This document shows positions 12,549 through 23,866 of a DNA stretch of 64,000 nt, piece after piece (position 1 is the first letter of the stretch; each line of letters begins with the position of its first letter). A program made the translations under genes and the position numbers. The DNA comes from Azolla caroliniana (lineage: Eukaryota; Plantae; Polypodiophyta): the NCBI GenBank assembly GCA_043228905.1, contig JBHGNT010000012.1, forward strand, positions 21,018,001 to 21,082,000. The letters run 5' to 3'. The notes beneath the pieces were generated by a model. It had not been told where the DNA came from. It ran no database searches and saw nothing but the letters and a program-made list of their open reading frames with translations.

Positions 12549-15323
12549 CTACTGGCAGCTTGGCATGTAGAACGAAGACATCGCCGTAACAAAACCATCT
12601 TCGTCGTCTTCACTGTCCTTGGACAGCGAACCACTCAGCACTCCCGAATCTAGAGTGCTCCTGGGACTAGGAGGAGAAGTATATAGGCAGAGGCCAGGAG
12701 CATCATTAGCGGCGGGGGGCACCTTAAGGAATGGATGGTGGAGAAGCTGAGACGCGGTCCATCTCTTACGAGGATCCCTCTGGAAACACTTGTCCAAGAA
12801 ATCTTTGCCTTCTTCAGAGAGATCTTCAGGTAGGGGAGGATTCTCATCGGAGCAGGCAATCTTCGATATGACAGAGACGAAAGACAGCGGCAAGTTCACC
12901 CAAGGTGGGCATCCCTGGCACATCTCCACCACGGTGCAACCAAGAGACCAGATATCCGAGGGGAAGCTTTGTTCCACGCCTTGCAATGCCTCCGGAGCCA
13001 TCCAAAACGGTGTCCCTTTGAAATCAGATGAAGACCTGGAGGTTCCACGTGCATCTATTTTGCTGGGCAGCGTGGAATCAACGCCCACATCATCCGACAG
13101 CTTTCTGGCTAAACCAAAGTCTGCGATCTTCACCGAGGAAGAACCGATCAAAAGATTCTGTCCTTTAATGTCGCAGTGGATGATCCCCTGAACGTGGAGG
13201 TAGGCCAAACCCTCCACAACATCCCTGGCGAACCTCCGTACCTGTGATAATAAGCGAAAAATAAATAAATAATATTAGTATAGTTATTAACTGTTTCTTA
13301 TGAACACGGCGAGGCGAACCTTCCGTACCTGCTCCTCTTGGAGGCGTCCGCCGCATCTCTTTAGTAGGTCAGAAACACTTCCTCCCTCCATGTATTCCAA
13401 GAAGAGGTTGCGGGAAGCATGGCCACTCCTGTCGTACGAAGTGTCATCTCCTAGATACGAGATGACCTGAGCGCAGTTCAAGCTTCGGAGGATGGAGATC
13501 TCTGATTCCATGGCTGTTAGCTCCGGTGACTTGCGATAGGAATACATGGTTTCTGCAGAGGTAGACTTCACCGCAAACATGAGCCCGTCATCTAGATCGA
13601 TGGCAAGAGAGACAGAGCCACACGACCCTGACCCGAGAGTAGACTGATGAGTCCATCGGGAGATGGAACATGAGACAGAAGAGGTCTTCTTCTTCTTCTT
13701 CTTCTCAGCAATAATGGTAAGTGTTGTTGCACTGTCATCATTGGTGAGGAGGTGAAGGGCCTGAGGAAAGAGACAAAAGAAAACAACAATTGATTATGTC
13801 AAGTTAAGTGAAAAAATGATTGATTTAAACATAGATGCCATGATACGTCCAATGTACATGTGTGTATATAAATACAAAAAAGCAAAAATGAATACTCTAT
13901 CAATGATTGCTACATGTATAATAATATATACATATGTATATGACTGTGATGACCATTTTGGCAAGAAAGGATGTCGTTTTTACAATTCTAAACATCCCAA
14001 AATAAATAAATAAAAAATAGTAATAAAAAGGAGTAGGATAGAAGAAACAAAGAATATCAACCAATCCTCGTCATCAATTAACAAACACACAAAAACAGTA
14101 CCTAAACCCAAACAACTTGAGTTTTGCTGCAAAGCTATTGGACTTATTAATGTAACTTCAAATAGAAACAGCCATAGCTTATAATTCTTAAAAAAATAGG
14201 GAGAATGTGAACACTAATTCACATGAATGTGAACACTAATTCACATGAATGTGAACACTAACTCACATGAATCCAGAAATAACCGTATCCCAAATACCTT
14301 TTGGTATCTTGTATATATATGTCTATTCATATCTTGTATCTGGCTATTACCATCAATTACTATTACCAAACATACATACATTATCACAAAGAAATGTAAG
14401 TAAAGAGGAGAAGAAATTTTGATGATGAAGAAGAAGAGGAAGAGGTAACGCTTCCATCAATTACTATTACCAAACATACGTACACTATTACCAAACATAC
14501 ATACATTATCACAAATAAATGTAAGTAAAGAGGAGAAGAAACGAAGAGGAAGAGTACATACATTATCACAAATAAATGTAAGTAAAGAGGAGAAGAAACG
14601 AAGAGGAAGAGTACATACATTATCACAAAGAAATGTAAGTAAAGAGGAGAAGAAAGGAGGGAGGAGGAGGAGGAGGAGGAGAAAGAGAAAGAGAAAGAAG
14701 AAGAAACGAAGAGGAAGAGGAAGAGGAGAAGGGAAGGAGAAGGAGAAGAAGGGGAAGGGGAAGCGGAAGGAGAAGGAGAAGGAGAGGAGAGGCAGAAGGA
14801 GAAGAAGGATTAAGAAGAAAGAAGAAGAAGAAGGATTGAGAAGAAAGAAGAAGAAGAAGGATTGAGAAGAAAGAAGAAGAAGAAGAAGAAGAAGGATTAA
14901 GAAGAAAGAAGAAGAAGAAGGATTAAGAAGAAAGGAGAAGGAGAAGGATTAAGAAGAAAGAAGAAGAAGAAGGATTGAGAAGAAAGAAGAAGAAGAAGGA
15001 TTAAGAAGAAAGAAGAAGAAGAAGGATTGAGAAGAAAGAAGAAGAAGAAGGATTAAGAAGAAAGAAGAAGAAGAAGGATTAAGAAGAAAGAAGAAGGAGA
15101 AGGAGAAGGATTAAGAAGAAAGGAGAAGGAGAAGGATTAAGAAGAAAGAAGAAGAAGGATTAAGAAGAAAGAAGAAGAAGAAGGATTAAGAAGAGAGGAG
15201 AGGCAGATGGAGAAGAAGGATTAAGAAGAATGAAGAAGAAGGATTAATAAGAAAGAAGAAGGATTAAGGATTAAGAAGAAGAAGAAGAAGAAGACTGAGA
15301 GAGAGAGAGAGAGAGGTTACCAT
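12549..15323 (-). CDS. MAPKKK / MEKK-subfamily Ser/Thr kinase (MAPKKK13-21-like), about 375 aa; exons 15323-15321 (ATG), 13760-13329, 13241-12549
   Basis: Spliced frame reads MALHLLTNDD...RWTHQSTLGSGSCGSV...FAVKS...LFLEYMEGGS...RLQEEQ|VRRFARDVVEGLAYLH...HCDIKGQN...DFG...GTPFWMAPE...SDIWSLGCTVVEM...LLHHPF. Introns are GT-AG: 15320-13761 (ATG|GTAAC...TTCCTCAG|GCC) and 13328-13242. No stops. Exon 1 is the least certain part. Confidence 0.9.
14204..14271. repeat. 22-bp tandem repeat x3 with internal inverted repeat
   Basis: (atgtgaacactaattcacatga)x3; ATGTGAA...TTCACAT within each unit. Confidence 0.9.
14345..14655. repeat. About 57-bp tandem repeats in kinase intron 1
   Basis: catacattatcacaaa(t/g)aaatgtaagtaaagaggagaagaaa occurs 4 times. 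Confidence 0.85.
14656..15314. repeat. GAA-rich polypurine minisatellite (unit about ggattaagaagaaagaagaagaagaa) followed by (GA)n
   Basis: About 650 bp almost entirely A/G on the plus strand, i.e. TTC-rich on the kinase sense strand. Confidence 0.95.
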
Positions 15324-15487
15324 GGCGAAAGGAGGAGAGCTGCAGAGATGGAGATGGAGATGGAGATGGAGATGGAGCTGCAAAATGCTTCTTCAGAGAC
15401 TCCAAAATGCTTCTGCGCGCGATACAAGAATAGAAGAACGTGGAGTTATTTGCGTTTTATTGCACACACACACAGAGAAGAGAGTCT

Positions 15488-15602
15488 ATAGCGTATAGCG
15501 TGTGTATTTGCAAATACATACATATACATAGTGTATAGTGTATAGCGTATAGCGTATTTGCAAATACATACATATAGTGTATAGCGTATAGCGTATAGCG
15601 TA
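15488..15602. repeat. Short TATAGCG/TATAGTG repeats in the kinase promoter region
   Basis: About 10 copies of tatag(c/t)g interspersed with gtatttgcaaatacata. Confidence 0.75.
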
Positions 15603-18600
15603 TGAATTGTTCGTATGTGCTCGCCAAATACACATGAGAAAGAAAGAAAGAAAGAAAGAAAGATATATTAACGTCTTCTAAGGCCAAAATTGGCCCATGA
15701 GACAAATGGTGTACAACAAAAATGGGATATTTACCCATTCATCGAAAGTAAAAATAAAAATAATATAAAATAGAGTTTAAGCTACGATGATATGAAGAAG
15801 AAGAAGAAGAAGGAGAGGTCGTACATAACATACGAGAGATACATATATATGTATGTATGTACATAAAATATGTAATTGACGATAATATGTAGGAGGAGGA
15901 GGAACGAATCATGTTGGAAGTCATCAATTAACGGTTCTTCTTCAATAATCAGTGACAACAATGTTTGGTGTTATGGAACAAACACTTGGCACATGTGAAT
16001 GTTAGCTAGTTATTAAATTAGTTATATATTAAACTACCAACATGAGGCCTTCAAGGCCATTGTAGAATGTATGTAAGAGTGGAACATATGACCATTGGGT
16101 CTCCGTTGGAGAACCCAACCTAATGAACTACAACCCATTTGGGCTTCCTATCTCCTTTCCAATATGTTGTTATTCCTTTGTTGGCACGTTCAAAGAACAT
16201 GATTTGTTTTGTATAGAATATTCTTAACCATTTTCATGCAACAATAATGAAATCCCTTGATACCTTTGAATTTGGGGTTTGGGGATTTTATTTACTTTTA
16301 GTGGGAATGCAAATTAAGTTGCATCAATGTTGTTTCGTAAGCCAATCCCAGGCTACTTAACATAGTTTCAACGTGCCACCACCAAACGTTGTTGTTTAGA
16401 AGCCGATTTATTCATCCACTTGGATAGAATCTCCCCTAGCTCAGCTCACTAACAAATCGACAAAGTAGACATGTGTTTCTGGATCAATCCTTTCGTAGGA
16501 TCAAAGTGATGGGAGCAGAGCGGAGCGTCTATAGGAAAGGTAAGACAATTGGTCAAAGCAAAGGTAGTAGCCAACCACCAAACGTGACACAAAATCTCTC
16601 GCCAACTTCTTTCGTCTATCCTCTTACTCAGTCTAAAGCTTGTGGGATGTTGGTTGAATTATACTCCTCATCCCTCCCAATATTTTGGGAATTCCTTGAT
16701 GATTTGAATGTACTTTTTATCCATGCTTGGTAACACGTTCGATTCTTGTAATACATGGCTCCATTTTTTAACCCTAATACTAAATAGTAAATGTATGAGT
16801 TATGGAAGTTGAAATATAATCGATGGAATATAATATTACCATCAATAATATACTATCAAACTCACTACAACCTCAATCAAGATTCCCGTTAGATCCCCTT
16901 GTCTCTAAATACATGGCCCAAATTCCTCATTTTTCATCCAAGTATTGCTTGATAACCATGTCTTATGCATGATTAATATCGTAACTTTATTGATAAATTC
17001 TATCCTCTAGTTAAACTCTCATGATTGTTGTTACATCTAATGCCAAAATATAAAGAACTCTTGTGTTCATCTCCGCACCAAATGTAACCAACCCATCATC
17101 ACTAGTGCGTTATTGTCAACATGATACCATATTTTATCCCTTCTATTGGGATACCTAATGCATGAAGGGTTTGTAGTGGACAACCATCTTCCCAACATCT
17201 CTTTTCAAATGCCATATGGCACACTTTTGTAAGACTATGCCCCCATACCACCTATGACCCATGTCAACAACATGGAGAGAGAGATATGATGATTCCAATG
17301 GATCAATAACCCAATGATATCGACATGTCTAGGGAATTGAACCAATGACACCATGCATGTGATGATGGAGAAGGGGCACCTTAGCTTGCACGACACAAAG
17401 GAGGAGGGAAGACATGAGAAGCTTGACGATTGTTAATGGCATGGAACATCCATACGAGGGTTGTCATAACTTGGCGAGATATGTGTGATATATGTATATG
17501 CACACAATGGCAACATACACGCAAGGGTTGTCATAACTTGGTGAGACATGTTGGAGTTTAGGGTTCAGAGAGAGTTTAGGGTTTCTTTTTAATTAAAAAG
17601 GAACTTTATGGATGAGACTCGAGAGACAAATAAAAATACACATCGATCAGCGCAATACACATCGACTTGGAGTAGGGTAGATCGCATGTATATTATGCAT
17701 ACTGATTCTTTCTTGCCAGAGATTTTGGATATTTCCATTTCTTATGACTTGGTTCTTTCAGACCATTTTCCATTAGTGTTTGAGTTTGCGCATCAATCAA
17801 TTGACCTATTTAAATATTTCTTAAGACAACCTCCTCTTCGTTTTAATTCATCTTTTTTAGAACATGAAGTATTTCATGGTTACATGTGTCAATTGTTTGA
17901 GAAATTCAATTTACATGTTCAAGCGTACCGCCAAAAGCCAAAAGCATTATTTTATTAGTAATCCCGATTAATACATGTTGGGTTACATGTTGGGTTTGAG
18001 GCTTTTGTTGTAAATGTGCAAAAGCTATCTAGATTTTATGGAATGTATAATGCCTTTAAGAGAAGAAGAAAAATAAAGGCTTTGTCTACATTGTTGGGAC
18101 GATGTAATGCATTGCTAAGTTATTGGCCAATGGATGAGCAATTATTGGATATTCACAAATATTATCAACCTCTTTATGTGATATGAAAGTTAAGAGTTAT
18201 CAACAAGCTAGACTACATAAGTTGAGACAAGAAGTGGATGACTGTAATTGTCAATCACACAATTTCTTTCATGCCCTTCATGAATCACATGCGAGGTATA
18301 ATGTGGTGTGATTATAGAAAAATGAGAGGATGATTATGGATCCTCATATGATTGTGACAAAATATTTGGATTATTATAAGCAATTGTTAGATGTAGAAAC
18401 TCATGTTGACGAAATTGTTAATTATGCTCGAGAGGTGTTCTTGAAGGAAGTTACAAATCATGTATCAATAGAGGTTTCTAATGTTTTGGATGCAGATATA
18501 TCAAAGGTTGAGGTAGAAAATGTGATTTCTCATCTTGTGAATGGTGAGAGTTCTGGTTGGGATGGTTTAACAAATGAATTCTTCAAGAAATATAATACAA

Positions 18601-18818
18601 ACTTGAAGAGGTCCTTTGCAATTCTATTCCAGAATGCTTGGTCCACAGGGCACATGCCACAATCTTGGAAGATTGGTTTAATAAAACTGTTACCTAAAGT
18701 GCCATCTCCAATGTCTTTTGCTCAATGGAGGTCTATATCTTTGATGGGAGGAATCTATAAGATTTTCACAAAGATTTTGGCTAATAGATTACATACAGTA
18801 TTGCCAACTATTATCCAT

Positions 18819-19273
18819 AATGCTCAATATGGTTTTTTGGCCAAAAGAGATATTTTGCATAATAGTTTAAATGTTCAGATGGCAATAGATTTTGCTGTGG
18901 AAACTAAACACGAGATTGTGATGTTGCAATTGGATCTAGAGGAGGCATATGATCATGTTAATTGGTCTTTTTTATGTCAGGTGATGCGTCGAATGGGGTT
19001 TGGTGATCATTTGTCAATTTTGATATATACATTGGGGGATGATTTAATGCTCAATATGGTTTTTTGGCCAAAAGAGATATTTTGCATAATATTTTAAATG
19101 TTCAGATAGCAACAGATTTTGTTGTGGAAACTAAACACGAGATTGTGATGTTGCAATTGGATCTAGAGAAGGCATATGATCATGTTAATTGGTCTTTTTT
19201 ATGTCAGGTGATGTGTCGAATGGGGTTTGGTGATCGTTTGTCAATTTTGATATATACATTGGGGGATGATTCA
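18819..19273. repeat. Tandem duplication (about 227 bp) in the LINE RT
   Basis: aatgctcaatatgg...gggggatgatt occurs twice with several SNPs; AATG microhomology at the junction. Confidence 0.92.
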
Positions 19274-19569
19274 ATGTCACATGTCATGCTTAATGGAGGA
19301 GTAACACAACCTATTTCGGTTTGAAGGTCAATTAGACAAGGGTGCCCCCTTAGTCCACTTTTGTTTACTATTGTCACTCATTCTATACTTGTTAAGCTAC
19401 ATAATATGGCAGTGGATGGAGATTTGGTTGGGTTAAGATTGCCATTTGGGAGACAGTGTATTGCTAAAGTGCTAGTAGATGATCATTTTATGTTTTTGGG
19501 AGCTACATGTAATAATAATGTTACAAAGGCTACAAAGGTGTGGGAATTGTTTTCTCTTGCATCAGGATT

Positions 19570-20343
19570 TGTGGTCACCCTTTGGAATCAATTCCTCATT
19601 GTTTTTGGAATTGTAACGAGGCTATTAACATTTGGGGTAGAAGTCTCCGGATAGTGGCAGCATGCGGCGTGAATGGGAGAGTTGTATGGGGGTCCGTACA
19701 GGGGCTAAAGTTAACAGGGGAAGGTTGGGCTGAACAGTTAAACCCTCACGAACATGGATTTATAGTGCAAGGTGGCAAGGTGTTTCAACGGGCTGGAGTT
19801 TGACCTGGCACTAACTCATAACTTTTTGAAGAGATATGGAGGATGGTGGCTTGTTTATCGGTCTGGCACATTTGGACCAACCGCTGTAAGTTTGTTTTTC
19901 AACAACAAAAGATCCCTAGTGGTGAGGTATTCATAAATATCTGGTTTGAGTTGGTCTCTTGGCTGCGGGGACGATACGACTCGATTAAGGGGGAATCTGA
20001 TGCAGCTGAAAGATCTTGATCAAAGTTCTTATTGAAATGGGGTAATTCTCCTATGGTCGGCAGATCATCATCAGGGCCTCAATGGCACTACCAAGCACCC
20101 CGATGGTTGTTTCCCTCAATAGTTTCCAACAGCGTCTAGGTGTTGTAAATTTGTATAGTTATGGTACAAATAACTAGGTTATTGGAGTTGTTAGGATACG
20201 TTTGTTGAAAATGAGGTGGGGACTATGTCCGCTTTGGTGGGAAGGCCAGAGTGAGGGTTGTTGAGAGGAATTTGAGAGTTCTATGATGTAATTTTGTTTG
20301 CTAACTAATGCGAAGTAGTATTTTTTGGAAAAAAGAAGAAGAA
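19570..20343 (+). mobile_element. 3' fragment of a second LINE nested in the first LINE's RT
   Basis: Has its own zf-RVT (CGHPLESIPHCFWNC) and an A/GAA tail. It splits the host motif ASG(L)KINMHKS (gcatcagga...aagattaatatgcataaatca). Confidence 0.8.
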
Positions 20344-22223
20344 GATTAATATGCATAAATCAATTCTTATTTCATGTAGTGAACAAAATATATTGGAGCT
20401 TGGGTGGCCATGAAAGATTGTTAATCGTGGGGAAATTTTTCGACACTTGGGTTACCCTATTGGAGTAGAAGTTTTACATGTTAAACTAATTGATTGGGTG
20501 TCGAGAAAGATTGAAAATAAGTTCATCTATTGGAGATCTCAGCCATGGCCATTTCATATAAGGGTTAAAGAAGTGCAATCCATTATGATGCCCATGGTTT
20601 CTTATTATCCTCCATTGTTGCCATGGTCTAAGAAGGCTGTTGAAAAGGTTACCCAACCAATGCGTTCATTATTACGGGAGAAAAAAGGGAAACATGGCAT
20701 TTCTTGGTTGGCATGGGATCATATTTGTACTCCAAAATGGCTTGGTGGAGCAGATTATTGAATGTATATGAGCATATGGTAGCTCGGAGGTTTTCATTAC
20801 TCATTTCTATGTTTGCAAACGCACAACCATGGATAGAAACGATGATTTTCTCTTTATTGAGAAATTTGACATCAAGTTTGGAAAAGTAAGAGTAGAAACA
20901 CATTGGTGGAATGTAGTCAATTCCAAAAGGCAAGTGAAGTGTTCAATGTCTTGGGTTGTTGATCAATTATTATCATCTTGGCAGAATGTGTTAGAATTTG
21001 TCAAGTGGGATCCCCATCATATAGAGAGCATGCAAATTCCCTACAACTAGAGTTTTTGGCAACATCAAGGTTGTTGGATTGGGAAAGTAAGTAATCCTTG
21101 CAACATCAATTTAATCAAATGGCTCGATTAGGATTGGTATCACTAAAAGATGCAAATTTGTCTTCTAGAAAAAGGTTGATGGCTTTTTGTATTGCTAGGT
21201 CAACATTTGGAATTCCACGCAATTATCGACGCATTTGGGATACATTACAAGGATTATCAGTGTTGCAAGGGCGTGTGCCACATTTAAATGAAGATTCTCT
21301 ATATCTTGATTGGACATTTGTAGGGGGGAACAACTTAAGTATGATTTCAACGAATGCGGTTTATCATACAATTATTGGGAAACATATGTGGTTAGAAAAA
21401 AGGGTAATTAAGGTATGGTCTTTTCATAGGCCAACAATTTGGTGGAAAAATGTACTCCAGAAGGGTTGGTGTTCACATTTGTCACTTAGAGCCAAGGTGT
21501 TTATTTGGAGGGTTATGTTTGGTGGATTACCATTGGGCGATGCTTTATGCAAAAGAAAAATAGCTAGTGGCTTCTGTTTCTTTTGTACGGTGGAAGTAGA
21601 GCACAATCGACATCGATTTATTTCATGTCATGTTACGAAGATGGTTTGGAGATTTATTAATGCAATATGGATGTCCTTGATAGGAGTGATAAAATCTCCT
21701 TTCAAAGGGGTTTTAGCACAAGTGGAATGAGGAGGTCTTTCACCTTCTTTTCAGATTATTTTGGATTATATGAGGTATTATGGGCTTTGGTTTATTTGGC
21801 ATATGCGAAATGCTTTTATATTTGATGAACAAAGGGGGGGAAGTACATTGTTATGTGTTAGAGATTGAAAGGGTTCCTTTTATGGCAATTTTCATTGTTG
21901 GAGATGTCAAGTAGTATATTCAATCATGAAGAGAGACAAGTATGTAAGTTAGTCGGGCATCACATTCGTCATTTGGTCTGATAAGAAAGGTTATGGGATG
22001 TTGCGAGACATATTCATGGTTTGTAATGATATGAATATGTATCTCTCTATGGTTTGTAGATATGTAATACTGGGTTTTTTTACATGCAATTGTGTGATTT
22101 TACCCAAAAAGAAGAAGAAAAAAATAAATAAATCTTGTCGATATAAATCTTTTCTTCTCCTTCTTCACTTTTGTCTCACTTTTGTCACACAAACAGAGAT
22201 AGCAATGGGCACGGTTTCGGCTC

Positions 22224-22279
22224 GAACCGAACCGAACCGAACCGAACCGTTAAGCCCTAAACCCTAAACCCTAAACCCA
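22224..22279 (+). promoter_or_regulatory. (CGAAC)n repeat and telo-box (AAACCCT) cluster in the AKR promoter
   Basis: cgaaccgaaccgaacc... followed by ccctaaaccctaaaccctaaaccc, upstream of a likely 5'-UTR exon ending ccg|gtaagt at 22437. Confidence 0.7.
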
Positions 22280-23866
22280 AATTTTTTACTCTGTGTCTGT
22301 GTATGCACAGCACAGAGTAAAAAAATCGGGTTTCTCTGTATTCTTTCTGTGTTTTTCTCTGTCTGCAGGATTTGGCATGGTCTCATTCCATTCGCTCTGA
22401 TTCTCCCTCTCCGCAACTCCTCCTCTTCCCCTACCCGGTAAGTCTCTTCTTTTCTTCCTCCCTCTCTGTCTCTGTCTCTGTCTCTCTCGTTCCTTTGATC
22501 TTTCAATCATCTATCTGCTTTTTCTTTTTCGTCAGTCCTTTGCTGCATTTCTACATGCGTGTTTTCTTTCCGTCCAGATCAATTCCAGAATCTCTTGATC
22601 AATGATTTACTCATGCCACAGTATTTTCTTCATATTTGATTTCTGTTTCTATTTCTTTTTTTCTTGTGCCCTTTGGAGCGTGTATTTCTGTCATGTCTTT
22701 GTAGTTCCTTGTTCTTCTTCTTGATGTATTTCTACCGTTCCCGAAAACCCAGATGGACGCTTTTGATCCATGGATTTGGCTCCCTTTTTTCACGTTATGT
22801 TTTGTTTCTTTATTGTGCTTTTTGAGTGATTGTGTGGTATTTCATTTACTGTTTCCCGCTTCGTTAATTTCTTTGTTCATTTGAGTTATTCTGCTTTCCA
22901 CATGTAAGTATTGAACTGTGGTATTTCATTTTACTGTTTTCCTCTTCGTTAATTTCTTTGTTCTTTTGAGCTAGTCTGCTTTCCACATGTAAATGTTAAA
23001 TTTTCTTAATATTTTCAAAGTCCATTTCTTGAGCAATGTTGCATAAATCCTGAGGTTTATCATCACCTTCTTCCACTTCTTTTAGGTTCTGTCCTTTAAT
23101 AATCCATAGTCTATACCTCAGACCTTCAATGCAGACGATTGCTTGCATGATTATGAAGAGTTCAATATAATTTGTTTTCAGTAATGTTAATCCAGAAAAC
23201 TCCTTGATTCAGTGTACTTGTTTTAAAGAAAATGCTGATGGTGGAAATGTAGTGTATCTAGATATCTTTTGTCAGTTCTTCCATTATGGAATCTTTGGAT
23301 ATTCATAGAATTCTTTGTCAACTGGCATATTTTCCTCTTTGTATGCTTTTGCATGAGTTGAATGGTTGCAGCAGCCCAATTTGATTATATATCATGCATT
23401 TTTTAGTGTAAAACTTATGCCTTTGTGAAATCATCATTTCTTCTTATAAGGGGACTGATGGAAGAAATCTTGTGATTCTGATTTCTTTACTGTACTTTCT
23501 GGTGTACTTTCTTATGTAAGAGTACCTGTGGTAGAAATTCTTTGTATATAAAATCTCACAAGGATGTCTATGCTTTTGACATATTTACTTGTTTGGTTTC
23601 ACTTTCACATGGGAAACTTCCATGTTAAAAATCTCTGCTGACTACACATGTTTTCTCTTATGAAAACACTGATTGTAGAATTCTGTTTTCTTGCATTCTT
23701 TCTTGTCAGAGACTTATGTGCATGAGCAACCCAGAGATCACTACAGCTGCTAATGCTATCATGCAAACAGAATGTGTTGTGAAGTTTCACGTTTCTCTTT
23801 CTTTCTTTTATTTCTGTTTTCTAATAGGTCTCTTTCTTTTTAATCTCTTTAGAAATTTCTGTTGTG

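Larger units (their letters stand above)
17608..22130 (+). mobile_element. LINE (L1-type) non-LTR retrotransposon, 5'-truncated and degenerate
   Basis: Endonuclease C-terminus (SRVDRMY...SDHFP), RT motifs (SSGWDG, LDLEKAYDHVNW, RQGCPLSP, HLGYPIG), zf-RVT (CFFC...H.FISC) and an A-rich tail at about 22105-22130. Confidence 0.92.

Noticed and set aside
16090-17400. Degenerate hAT-like transposon and hairpin ttgggtctcc-gtt-ggagaacccaa
   Set aside because: Only faint motif traces, with no ORF or termini I can support.
22254-22279. Interstitial telomere
   Set aside because: Only about 3 units in a promoter context; better explained as telo-boxes.
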